Assembly: GCA_963827165.1 (NCBI GenBank)
Contig: CAWGZR010000003.1
Location: 32,001-96,000 of the forward strand
Origin: Candidatus Bathyarchaeota archaeon
Lineage (GTDB): Archaea > Thermoproteota > Bathyarchaeia > Bathyarchaeales > Bathycorpusculaceae
Length of the DNA stretch: 64,000 nucleotides
Direction: 5' to 3'
Numbering within the stretch: position 1 is the stretch's first letter; each line of letters begins with the position of its first letter. Positions 9,572 through 20,222 of the stretch are shown here, in pieces. The notes under the pieces are model-generated. The model ran no database searches. It was not told where the DNA came from and saw nothing but the letters and a program-made list of their open reading frames with translations. Position numbers and translations under genes: made by a program.

Positions 9572-9901
9572 ATGAGCAGATTGACGATATCTATTCCTGC
9601 TAAGCGGGAACAATACCTAAAACAGTTAGCTAACGATCACCAAGTTGACCTGAATAGCGTTTTCAGTGAATTGTGTGATTGGGCTTTTTCTAATCCTGAA
9701 GGCAAAAAACAGTTTAAACTCTGGTTAGATGATGCTTTTCCTCCAAAAGGCGAAGCTGAAGACAAAGCACGGGATGCAGGCGCCAGAGAAAGAGCCCGTG
9801 AAGAAGATGCAGAAGATAAGTCTGAAGAAGAAGCTCATGAAGACGAAAACTACAACGAGGACATCGCCGGAGAGGACGTCAACGGGAAATTTAATCCCTA
9901 A
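9572..9901 (+). CDS. Ribbon-helix-helix-like protein with acidic tail
   Basis: RLTISIP...YLKQLA....DLNSVFSEL pattern; E/D-rich C-terminus; starts 3 nt after the previous stop. Confidence 0.5.
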   Translation: MSRLTISIPAKREQYLKQLANDHQVDLNSVFSELCDWAFSNPEGKKQFKLWLDDAFPPKGEAEDKARDAGARERAREEDAEDKSEEEAHEDENYNEDIAGEDVNGKFNP

Positions 9902-10026
9902 ATTGGGCGATCAAAGTTTTCTAACCACCTGAGTCTTGTAGCAACGGTGACTCTGCTGTTGTCCGGCTACAGCCACAAATGTTTAAGAAAGCTGGAACTC
10001 TCTTTTAGAGTAGAGACTTCAAATAA

Positions 10027-10758
10027 GTGGGCATCATGTTACACAAAATCAAAACACTAAAAGGCTACAGATTGGACAGCCTTGATGGGGAAATAGGCAG
10101 AGTCAAGGAATTCTATTTCGATGACACGTACTGGACAATTCGCTATTTGGTTGCCGACTCAGGAAATTGGCTTTCGGACAGGCTGGTGCTGATTTCCCCG
10201 CATGCGTTGCTTGCAGTGAATAAAGAAGAGCAAAACATCGCCATTAATTTAACGAAAAAACAAATCGAGGACAGTCCACCATTGAAAAGCGACAAGCCCG
10301 TCTCCCAACAATACGAGAACGCATACTATATTTATTATGGCTGGCCGACGTATTGGATGGGACCATACCCGTGGGGACCTTATCCCTACATCGTGCATAA
10401 TCGCGGTGTCTTTTCTCGGGAGGATGCTGAGAAAAAAAAGTGGGATCCCCATTTGCGCAGCACTAACGTTGTGAGTGGTTATCATATCCAAGCCTCCAAC
10501 GGCGAGATTGGTAACGTTGAAGATTTTATTGTTGAGGACGAGACGTGGGCGATTCGTTATCTTATCATCAATACACGGAACTGGTGGCCGGGAAAAGAGG
10601 TACTGGTTTCGCCGAAATTGATCGAGCAAGTTAGTTGGGATGAGCCGAAGGTCTTTGTTAATCTTACCCGCGAGGCCATCATGCAGTCACCCGAATACAC
10701 TGAGTCTCTGCTAGTAGAGGTAAAATCTGATATTCCTGTACTACACTCTGGACTATGA
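10027..10758 (+). CDS. Tandem PRC-barrel domain protein
   Basis: Two repeats of GEIG.V.(E/D)F..(D/E)D..W.IRYL....GNW....VL.SP; W/P/Y-rich linker; DPHLRS. Confidence 0.85.
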   Translation: MGIMLHKIKTLKGYRLDSLDGEIGRVKEFYFDDTYWTIRYLVADSGNWLSDRLVLISPHALLAVNKEEQNIAINLTKKQIEDSPPLKSDKPVSQQYENAYYIYYGWPTYWMGPYPWGPYPYIVHNRGVFSREDAEKKKWDPHLRSTNVVSGYHIQASNGEIGNVEDFIVEDETWAIRYLIINTRNWWPGKEVLVSPKLIEQVSWDEPKVFVNLTREAIMQSPEYTESLLVEVKSDIPVLHSGL

Positions 10759-10933
10759 GCTGCGATTACCTCAACATTACAATCATCACTATGATACAGG
10801 TGCTATAAACTTGTGTAAGTTAGTTTCATAGTATAATCTATTGGCGTGAGTGCCCTTGGGTGGAATCGTCTTTGAGAGGCACCTAAAAGTTGTTGCCTCA
10901 AACGGAGACGAGGAAATGAAATGCCCATTCAGC

Positions 10934-13747
10934 TCAAGACTTGGCCTGCCTTGCAGGGGGCGCTTGCGCCTCTTTTTCCTTTGAACTGGCGATCTTGTGC
11001 AACTGCTCGACGCGCTTATTGATCATCGAGCTCACTTTATTCCTTAGTTTATCGGGAGAGATGTTCTTGTCGCGCAATGCGGTGACCTGACTTGCCAGCG
11101 ATTTGTCTCCCAGCATCGTGAACCAGTTTTCAAAGTCTCCCTCTTCAACGTGAAACTTGACTGAAGATGGCTCGATAGTCTTCACGCTGGCGGCAAGTTC
11201 ATCCAAGCTTTTTGAGGTGACACCGAGAGGTTGCCCGTAATCCCTGTAGAAAGTGAAGGCATCGTCGGGCGTTACCGTTCTGAGCACGTTGGTTGCCTCG
11301 TTTCTTCCAATTTTCCTGCCCTCGCGATTCAGAACTTTGTATAGGCGCACTTTTGCCAAATCAGTCATAAAGAAAAATGCAAACGCGTAACCCCACACAA
11401 AAGCGGCCAGTCCCCAACCCAGCGCAGGAAGCAAAATCCCGTACACCGTAAGTATTATAGCGGTAACTTGAACAGCTATGCATGCAATAAGAAGCTGCTT
11501 AGCAGGCTTCACAGACCAAAAATGACCCTTAGTCCTCGCGACAAACACAGTCATATTTCCCGCCACTGCAAGCTTCAAGTATATGAAAGATTGAAGCACC
11601 AGTAGGTTTAGCTTCAGCACATCTAATCCGATGTAGAGAATTCCGAAAGTTGAGAATACCCCGATTACTCCAAGAAACGTCGCTACACTTAACAGATTTC
11701 GCATATCCCATTTCTCAGGTTTATCCGAGTACTTCACGTTATCATAAGCTATAGTCATAATCGGCAGGTCGTTTAGAAGAGCCAACAAAACAAGCATCAG
11801 AGCAGTGATTGGGAAAAACTTGAAAACCAGGATAGAAGCAGTCATGAAAAGCAGAATTCGTATCGTTTCAGCGATGCGGTACGTGCAATAATTCGTCATA
11901 CGCTGGAAAATCTTGCGACTCTCCTTAATCGCATCAATAATAACTGAAAGACCAGGTTTAGTCAGAACTATTGCTGCTGCCGATTTTGCAGCGTCGGTGG
12001 CGCCTTCAACAGCAATGCCGGCGTTAGCTTTCTTCAAAGCAGGCGCATCATTAACCCCATCGCCTGTCATTCCCACTATGTGTCCTTTTTCTTGAAGAAG
12101 CTCCACAATTTTGTACTTATGTTCAGGGAAGACTTCTGCAAAACCTTCCGCCGCTTCAACCACGCCTTGAGCTTCACTGTCAGACTTATCCAAAAAAGCG
12201 GCTGGCAACACAATATTGTTACCAAGGTTTACTTGACTCGAAATTTCTTTGGCAATAGCAATGTGGTCCCCAGTGACCATTTTCACGTTAACGCCCATCG
12301 ATTGAGCCGTCTTTATTGTCTGAGCAGAATCTTCCCGTGGCGGATCAAATAAACCAATTAAACCCGCAAATTGCCACTTATTCTCCTTATCAGTTCGAGC
12401 AACAGCCAACGCGCGATACCCTTTCTTAGCGAATTCATTAACATCCTCGGTCAATTTGTCGTTAATTGATTTCTTGTCCTCTATCAATGCCAGAATCGCT
12501 TGAGGCGCCCCTTTGGTAACTTTAAATTGGCTTCCATCCTCTCCTTGCACGGTTGCCTCTGTTCTCTTTATGACAGGATCAAAGGGCTTAAAACCAGTCA
12601 CTTTAATGTGCTCAATTTTAACAGCAATATCGGGTGTACTCTTGGTTTTAGTTAAAATTGCAAGGTCAATTGGATCTTTATCTTCTTCTCTTGAAGCGAG
12701 CGCACTGAAAAGTAGTACGTCGTTTTCTGTGAATTTGGCATAAGGTTTGGTTCCACCCATAGTGAGCGCGTTTTTAGTGATAGTACCTGTTTTGTCTGAG
12801 CACAGCACATCCATGCTTGCCATTTCCTCAATCGCAACCAACTTGCTCACTATCGCTTCCTTCTTAGCGAGAGCTATTGCGCCTACGGCCATCGTAACTG
12901 AGAGAACCGCGGGAAGTGCCGCAGGTATCCCCGCAACAACTAAGATCAATGCAAACTGAATGATGCCTAAGATGTTTTGACCTCGAAAAATCGAGACTAC
13001 AACGATTATTGCTACTAGTCCTATCGCTAGGAAAATCAGGTAATCGCCTATTCTGCTAATGGCTTTTTGGAAGTGGCTTGGAGTTTTGGCTATTTCTACG
13101 AGTTTGGCGGTTTTACCGAAAAAAGTTTTGGCGGCGGTGTTAACAACGAGCGCGTTCATTTCGCCCTGTTTTACAATGGAGCTTGCGTATCCAATGTCAG
13201 AGAGATGTTTCTCTACAGGAAGAGATTCGCCAGTTAATGCAGATTCATCAGTTAAAAGGTAGTCTCCCTCAATTAGTTTCACGTCGGCGGGAATGATGTC
13301 TCCTAAACGCACTCGAACAACATCGCCTGGCACCAGTTTTTCCGCCGGTGTTTCCTGCCATTTTCCGTCTCGCAGAACTCGTGCTTTTAGGGCTAGTCTT
13401 TTCTTTAGCTGTTCTATGGCGTCTCCTGCTTTGCGTTCCTGCAAGGATCCGACTGTGGCGTTTACCAGTAATAGAGCTAAAATTATTGCAAAATCAGCCC
13501 AGCTGTGGATGACTGCAGACATTACTACTGCTGCTTCTATCATCCATGGAATTGGACCCCAAAAATAGCGAAGAAACTTTAGAAGCGGGTTAACTTTTTT
13601 CTCCTGAATCTCATTAGGACCATATTGCACAAGTCGTTTTTCAGCTTCTGAGGAAGAAAGACCCCCCTTGCCCGCCGAAAGCTTACTTAATAGTTCATCA
13701 ACATTGGCTTTCTTTGCCTCTTCTGTAGTTAAGGAGTCTTGACTCAT
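10934..13747 (-). CDS. P-type (P3A) proton-efflux ATPase with C-terminal DUF5752-like domain
   Basis: LTGES, IPAALP, CSDKTGT, TGDGVNDAPALK, LLND; extra ~100-aa tail LRTV...AFTFY..YG....SLDEL....SVKFH...GDFENW. Confidence 0.93.
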   Translation of the reverse strand: MSQDSLTTEEAKKANVDELLSKLSAGKGGLSSSEAEKRLVQYGPNEIQEKKVNPLLKFLRYFWGPIPWMIEAAVVMSAVIHSWADFAIILALLLVNATVGSLQERKAGDAIEQLKKRLALKARVLRDGKWQETPAEKLVPGDVVRVRLGDIIPADVKLIEGDYLLTDESALTGESLPVEKHLSDIGYASSIVKQGEMNALVVNTAAKTFFGKTAKLVEIAKTPSHFQKAISRIGDYLIFLAIGLVAIIVVVSIFRGQNILGIIQFALILVVAGIPAALPAVLSVTMAVGAIALAKKEAIVSKLVAIEEMASMDVLCSDKTGTITKNALTMGGTKPYAKFTENDVLLFSALASREEDKDPIDLAILTKTKSTPDIAVKIEHIKVTGFKPFDPVIKRTEATVQGEDGSQFKVTKGAPQAILALIEDKKSINDKLTEDVNEFAKKGYRALAVARTDKENKWQFAGLIGLFDPPREDSAQTIKTAQSMGVNVKMVTGDHIAIAKEISSQVNLGNNIVLPAAFLDKSDSEAQGVVEAAEGFAEVFPEHKYKIVELLQEKGHIVGMTGDGVNDAPALKKANAGIAVEGATDAAKSAAAIVLTKPGLSVIIDAIKESRKIFQRMTNYCTYRIAETIRILLFMTASILVFKFFPITALMLVLLALLNDLPIMTIAYDNVKYSDKPEKWDMRNLLSVATFLGVIGVFSTFGILYIGLDVLKLNLLVLQSFIYLKLAVAGNMTVFVARTKGHFWSVKPAKQLLIACIAVQVTAIILTVYGILLPALGWGLAAFVWGYAFAFFFMTDLAKVRLYKVLNREGRKIGRNEATNVLRTVTPDDAFTFYRDYGQPLGVTSKSLDELAASVKTIEPSSVKFHVEEGDFENWFTMLGDKSLASQVTALRDKNISPDKLRNKVSSMINKRVEQLHKIASSKEKEAQAPPARQAKS

Positions 13748-15066
13748 TCATTGACGCTCTTTATCAGTTTTGTCATTTCCTTCTTGAGCTCGTCAAGTCT
13801 TTTTTGGTCTCGTGCCTCTATCGATAAGCGGAGTATTGGTGATGTATTTGATGCTCTGATCAGAGCCCACGAATCTGGAAAAACAATTTTGACGCCGTCG
13901 ATGGTGTCTGTGTTTTTATATGTTTTCAATGCCTTTTCTTTTATCTTATTGATGACTTGAAACTTCGTTTCGTCAGAGCACTTTATTTCGATTCTTTCGA
14001 AAAGTCTTGAGGGCAGCTCTTTCACGGCTTCTGACAGCTTCTGCCCCATCTTAGAGACTATTTCTGCCATGTACATACTATTTATTATTGCATCGTCGAA
14101 CCAGAAGAACTTTGGAACACATATGTGCCCAGATTCTTCAACACCAATAACCGCGTTATGTTTCTTGGTTTCCTGCACCAAAAACGTGTGCCCAACTGGT
14201 ACTCGAAACACTTTTTCCCCATATTTCTTAACCTCGTCCTCTATAATGTCTGAGCATTCTATGTTGGCGACGACAGGGCCTCTCTGAGTTTTCATTATGT
14301 CCCTGATGAAGAGGATTGCACTTTGCTCGGTCGCGATGACTTTGCCTGTGTCATCAACGAAAATGGCTCTGTCGCCATCGCCATCAAACGCTATTCCAAG
14401 ATCTGCCTTCTCGGTCACAACCTTCTTGCAGAGAGCGGTCAAGGCTTCAGGTTTCGGTTCGGGGTCTCTGTTCGAGAACTTCGGGTCGGGCCAATCAAAA
14501 AGGAAAGTGGCTTTGACACCGATTTTCTTGAGTATCTTCGGTACCAGTAAGCATGCGGCTCCGTTTCCGAAGTCAGCGACCACGCCTATTTTCTCTGGTT
14601 TTATTTTTTCAGCCACGAAATTAGCGTATGCTGCGTCCATCCCCTCGAGCGGTTTTGCTGTTCCTGTGCCTGTTTTGAATTTTTCTGAGGCGCTTATTTC
14701 TCCCAGTTTTTTGTTTTCGTCTTCGAAGAAGCCGACTCCGTCTTGATGGAAGAATTTGACGCCGTTCCACTCCGCCGGGAGATGGGAAGCGGTTATGTAG
14801 GCGGTTGCGTTGTTTTTCATTTTCCAGTTTGCAAAGACGCAGAGACTCGCAGGGCAGGTTCCGATCAGATTTGCGTTTGACCCGGTTTTTTTTAATCCTG
14901 TAACGAACGCTTCTTCAAGTTGGGCTCCGTGTTCTCTGAAGTCTCTTCCAATGGTGAAGGTGCCGGGGCACAAAGTTCCGGCTGCCTGACCTATTCGGGT
15001 CATAATCTCTTCCGTCAAGTCTTTACCGTAAATTCCTCGTATGTCGTAAGCTCTAAAAATACTCAT
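13744..15066 (-). CDS. Phosphoglucomutase/phosphomannomutase
   Basis: IFRAYDIRG, TASHLP (phospho-Ser), FDGDGDR, EESGH, IRASNT; 4-nt ATGA overlap with the ATPase start. Confidence 0.92.
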   Translation of the reverse strand: MSIFRAYDIRGIYGKDLTEEIMTRIGQAAGTLCPGTFTIGRDFREHGAQLEEAFVTGLKKTGSNANLIGTCPASLCVFANWKMKNNATAYITASHLPAEWNGVKFFHQDGVGFFEDENKKLGEISASEKFKTGTGTAKPLEGMDAAYANFVAEKIKPEKIGVVADFGNGAACLLVPKILKKIGVKATFLFDWPDPKFSNRDPEPKPEALTALCKKVVTEKADLGIAFDGDGDRAIFVDDTGKVIATEQSAILFIRDIMKTQRGPVVANIECSDIIEDEVKKYGEKVFRVPVGHTFLVQETKKHNAVIGVEESGHICVPKFFWFDDAIINSMYMAEIVSKMGQKLSEAVKELPSRLFERIEIKCSDETKFQVINKIKEKALKTYKNTDTIDGVKIVFPDSWALIRASNTSPILRLSIEARDQKRLDELKKEMTKLIKSVNE

Positions 15067-15161
15067 TTTCTGTCACACCCTTTTCTTTGGTTCAAATTGC
15101 TGAAGCCGCTTTTCGGGTTCTGAAAAAGTGAGACTAAGCGGATTCGCGCGCGCTATTCCAT

Positions 15162-15315
15162 AAACAGGATCCTTAACAGACATAAAAACAAAAGCCTCGC
15201 TGTGATAAAGTGCCACCTTCACCAATAATTAGCTTTCGTTCAGACAAAAAACGCCTTTTAAAACGATTTATTGTTTGAGTTCAGCTGAGAACACCGTGTG
15301 AAACAAGTCTTCTGC
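15162..15315. pseudogene. Diverged copy of the 40601-40760 convergent gene-end junction
   Basis: Plus strand NRILNRHKNK vs NRIFNSRHKNK; minus strand HTVFSAELKQ* vs HTVYSSELKQ*; collinear nucleotide similarity. Confidence 0.75.
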
Positions 15316-15545
15316 GCGCGCGGCCATGCTTACAACTTCCGAGCCACTCTACATAGAGGATAGTTAAACTCTGCTTATAAAATAATTCATAGTACTAAAA
15401 AATAAAAATGACCTCTTCGGCCTAATCAAAAACAGACGGAAAAAGAGATTGTGATTCAATCTTGATGACGCAAGCGGTATGTTAAAAAATTGGCGCACCC
15501 TTAAGTGTAATTCAGAGATGAACTTTTGGAGAATGGTGAGTTTAA

Positions 15546-16565
<1,020 letters not shown>

Positions 16566-17129
16566 TCGAGCACCGCTTAGCACCGCTTAAACTTTAAAAA
16601 CCCTCAAATTTTTCTTTTGCCAGAAACTTGAAAGTCTTGAACAGATTGAAGAGCATTGGCGAGCAGGTAAGCATCCGCGGGAAATGGCTGAGAAATAAGC
16701 TAAGTTTCCTTGCTATCATACAGTGTTCCAGATTTTCATCCATGAATGTTTCGTCAATTCAATCGCGATACATTCACACCAAAGGACCATTTGCTGAGGA
16801 GAGTCTGGATGCTGAGACATAGTGCCCTTTTTTTGGCAGACTAAAAGGTACGTGCCTTTACAGATTAAGCTTGGCGCGCGCCGCGCTTTATCTTCTCATT
16901 TCACTTATTACAGACTTCTTGTTTCCAGAGGCTAAAGTTAGCTCTTCCATTCCAAAGTGTAATCTGCTAGCTGTATTATTTGAAACGGTTAGGCTTGCAG
17001 TAATCACGGAATTATCTGAACTGCTTTCTTGTTGTTTTTTAGGAATTTTATTGGGCAGTACGCGTAAAGTTTGCAAAAGAATATATTAACTGCTTTCAAG
17101 CTTCTGGAAAAATCTGGAGATAATAGAAA

Positions 17130-17312
17130 GTGGTTAAAATAATTGTCAACAACGATACTTGTACCGGATGCGAAAACTGCGTAAACACTTGCCCTGTAAG
17201 CGTCTACGAAATGAAGAACGGCAAATCGGTCCCAGTCAAAATAGATGATTGCTTAGTCTGCAGAGCATGCGAAGCCCAATGCCCAACTGGTTCAATTCAA
17301 GTAATTGAATAG
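17130..17312 (+). CDS. 2[4Fe-4S] ferredoxin
   Basis: CTGCENCVNTCP and CLVCRACEAQCP. Confidence 0.92.
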   Translation: MVKIIVNNDTCTGCENCVNTCPVSVYEMKNGKSVPVKIDDCLVCRACEAQCPTGSIQVIE

Positions 17313-17600
17313 TGCCAACACGCCTCCTTTCTTCAGTACACGCATCGAACATTTCTCGTTTATCAGTACATCAAATAGTTATATCTCGAATTTCAAAGGT
17401 TAAGCTGATAGTCAAAGCAAATCCTAAGCAATCCACAATCTTCTAATAACTTGTTTCCTCTTTCTCCGTCCAAGGTTTATCAATTTGGACATCAGGCTTC
17501 ATGTTTTTAACAAAACCTGTTTAGCAGATATTGAGAATGTTGGCAAGGGCTTAACTAAATAATAGGTAAGTAATAGCTATTGTTGGAGTAGGAGAATGTA

Positions 17601-20060
17601 ATGGAAAAGAAGTATAGATACATACGGTTCTTCAAGGAAATCGGGGTTGATGACGTAGCTCTAGTAGGAGGCAAAACATCTTCCCTGGGTGAACTGTATC
17701 GCAAGCTAACTCCGCAGGGAGTAAAAGTACCTAATGGCTTTGCCATAACTGCGCAGGCCTATCGTTACATTCTTGATAAGGCCAATGCCTGGGATGCCCT
17801 CCACAAAACAATGGAAGGTATTAATCCGGCTAATATGACAGACCTGTCAAACCGTGGAAAAGAAGCACGGGCGATTATCTATGGGGCTCCCTTCCCCGAC
17901 GACTTGAGGCAAGAGATACTCCAGGCCTACCACACTCTTCAGGACGAGTATGGGCATGACCTGAGCGTAGCAGTGCGCAGCTCTGCCACCGCAGAGGACT
18001 TGCCCAACGTCAGCTTTGCTGGTCAGCATGAGAGCTACCTAAACATATACGGTGATGAGTTGCTCATAGATTCCTGCAAACGTTGCTTTGCCAGCCTTTT
18101 TACCGACCGCGCCATTCATTACCGAATTGACCAAGGCTTCGATCACTTCAAGGTATACCTCTCCATTGCAGTCATGAAGATGGTTCGTTCGGATTTGGCC
18201 GCAAGCGGCGTCATATTCTCATTAGACACGGAGTCAGGCTTCCGAGACGTGGTATTCATAACCGGCGCCTATGGACTCGGCGAGAATATGGTTCAGGGCG
18301 CGGTGGATCCGGACGAGTTCTATGTCTTCAAACCAACTCTGGAGCAAGGTTACCGAAAGATCCTGCGGCGCGTACTCGGAAACAAAGAAATCAAGATGGT
18401 TTACCGCGAAGGAGGGACCCGTGAAGCCACCCACAACATTCCTACACCCCAAGCTGACCGCGAGCATTTCTGCATCTCCGACGAAGAGGCACTCATCTTG
18501 GCGGACTACGCGGTAAAAGTAGAAAAGCACTACACGCTGAAAGCGGGACATCCTTTGCCCATGGATATGGAATGGGCAAAAGATGGCAAAGATGGACAGC
18601 TTTACATGGTCCAAGCACGACCCGAAACTGTTATCTCGCAAAGGCAAGTAAGCATGCTTGAAGAGTATGTGCTTCAGGGCACTGGAAAGGTTTTGGCGAC
18701 GGGCCGCTCCGTTGGCGAAAAAATTGCCAGCGGTACAGCTCACAAAATTTTAGACACAGTTCACCTTTCTGAATTTAAGCCCGGGGAAGTCTTGGTGGCC
18801 GATACCACATCTCCTGACTGGGAACCCATAATGAAAACAGCGGCAGCCATTGTCACTAACCGGGGCGGACGCACATGCCATGCGGCAATAGTTAGCCGTG
18901 AGCTGGGCATACCCGCGGTAGTTGGAGCTGAAAACGCTACAACAAATATCCCGAGCGGGGAAAAAGTTACTGTCTCTTGTGCTGAGGGAGATGTTGGCAA
19001 GGTGTACCAAGGCGAGATTCCCTTTGTGGTGAACAAAACAGACCTCAGCTCTCTGAAACAGCCCAACACCGAGATAATGATTAACCTGGGTAATCCAGAA
19101 CTGGCCTTCAAAACAAGCTTTATCCCTAATGATGGGATAGGCTTGGCCCGCATGGAGTTTATTATCAGTGAATACATCAAAATCCACCCTATGGCTCTTG
19201 TACATCCCGAACGTGTAACCGATACCAAGGAACGTTCAGCCATCGATCGTATCACCCAAGGTTATAGCCAGCCCGCTGCATTCTTTATCGAACGCCTTTC
19301 AGAGGGTGTAGGCACTATTGCCGCGGCTTTTTACCCGAAACCAGTAGTAGTGCGTATGTCTGACTTTAAGAGCAATGAGTACGCGAGTCTTTTGGGCGGG
19401 AAATTCTTTGAGCCTGCTGAGAACAATCCGATGCTGGGTTTTCGTGGGGCATCGCGCTATGCTCACCCCGATTATGTTGAGGGCTTCGCGCTTGAATGTG
19501 CGGCTATGAAACGGGTTCGAGACGAGATGGGGCTTACCAATGTTAAGCTCATGATTCCCTTCTGTCGGCGAGTTGAGGAAGCCGCTAAGGTAATTGGGAA
19601 AATGGCGGAATTTGGTTTGGAGCGTGGCAAAAATGGCCTCGAAATCTATGTTATGTGTGAAATCCCAAATAATGTCATTCAGATCGATGCCTTTGCCAAG
19701 CATTTCGACGGTTTCTCAATTGGTTCCAATGATCTTGCCCAGCTTGTGCTGGGGGTGGATCGCGACTCCGCAATCGTGGCTTTTGACTATGACGAGCGTG
19801 ACGTCGGAGTAAAAGAAATGATCCGGCTCTCAGTCGAAGGTTGTAAGCGTAACAAGCGGCACTCGGGGCTCTGTGGCCAGGCCCCCTCGGACTATCCGGA
19901 GATGGCCGAGTACCTAGTTGAGCTCGGCATAGACTCCATAAGTCTCAATCCTGATGCTGTGCTTAAAACCATCTTACATGTGCTGGAAATCGAAAAAAGA
20001 CTTGGCCGCAAACAACGAGATGAGAAACAGGCAAAAATCTCAACCGAGAAAGCGACTTGA
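17601..20060 (+). CDS. ppsA: Phosphoenolpyruvate synthase
   Basis: VGGK, AVRSSATAEDL, QARPET, GGRTCHAAI (phospho-His), ENNPMLGFRG, FSIGSNDL, GLCGQ. Confidence 0.97.
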   Translation: MEKKYRYIRFFKEIGVDDVALVGGKTSSLGELYRKLTPQGVKVPNGFAITAQAYRYILDKANAWDALHKTMEGINPANMTDLSNRGKEARAIIYGAPFPDDLRQEILQAYHTLQDEYGHDLSVAVRSSATAEDLPNVSFAGQHESYLNIYGDELLIDSCKRCFASLFTDRAIHYRIDQGFDHFKVYLSIAVMKMVRSDLAASGVIFSLDTESGFRDVVFITGAYGLGENMVQGAVDPDEFYVFKPTLEQGYRKILRRVLGNKEIKMVYREGGTREATHNIPTPQADREHFCISDEEALILADYAVKVEKHYTLKAGHPLPMDMEWAKDGKDGQLYMVQARPETVISQRQVSMLEEYVLQGTGKVLATGRSVGEKIASGTAHKILDTVHLSEFKPGEVLVADTTSPDWEPIMKTAAAIVTNRGGRTCHAAIVSRELGIPAVVGAENATTNIPSGEKVTVSCAEGDVGKVYQGEIPFVVNKTDLSSLKQPNTEIMINLGNPELAFKTSFIPNDGIGLARMEFIISEYIKIHPMALVHPERVTDTKERSAIDRITQGYSQPAAFFIERLSEGVGTIAAAFYPKPVVVRMSDFKSNEYASLLGGKFFEPAENNPMLGFRGASRYAHPDYVEGFALECAAMKRVRDEMGLTNVKLMIPFCRRVEEAAKVIGKMAEFGLERGKNGLEIYVMCEIPNNVIQIDAFAKHFDGFSIGSNDLAQLVLGVDRDSAIVAFDYDERDVGVKEMIRLSVEGCKRNKRHSGLCGQAPSDYPEMAEYLVELGIDSISLNPDAVLKTILHVLEIEKRLGRKQRDEKQAKISTEKAT

Positions 20061-20090
20061 GGCATAACAGGATAGGGACTGGGGGAGAAT

Positions 20091-20222
20091 ATGAAAAGAA
20101 TAGCAATTAACGGACTGGGGCGTATAGCTCATGGATACCTTTCGGCTTGTTGCTTTGTTGACGAAAATGAAAATATTTTAAGACCTGAGAATGGGCTAAG
20201 AGCCTGTGGTAGGGATAAATAG
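20091..20222 (+). pseudogene. 5' stub of a type I GAPDH gene
   Basis: SD-like GGAGA, then MKRIAINGLGRI followed by unrelated sequence and a stop. Confidence 0.75.

Noticed and set aside
10866-10911. Imperfect hairpin between convergent PRC and ATPase genes as ncRNA
   Set aside because: Adequately explained as a terminator-region structure; no family features.
16569-16589. AGCACCGCTT tandem duplication after gap
   Set aside because: Two copies only; could be slippage or an excision scar, with no further support.
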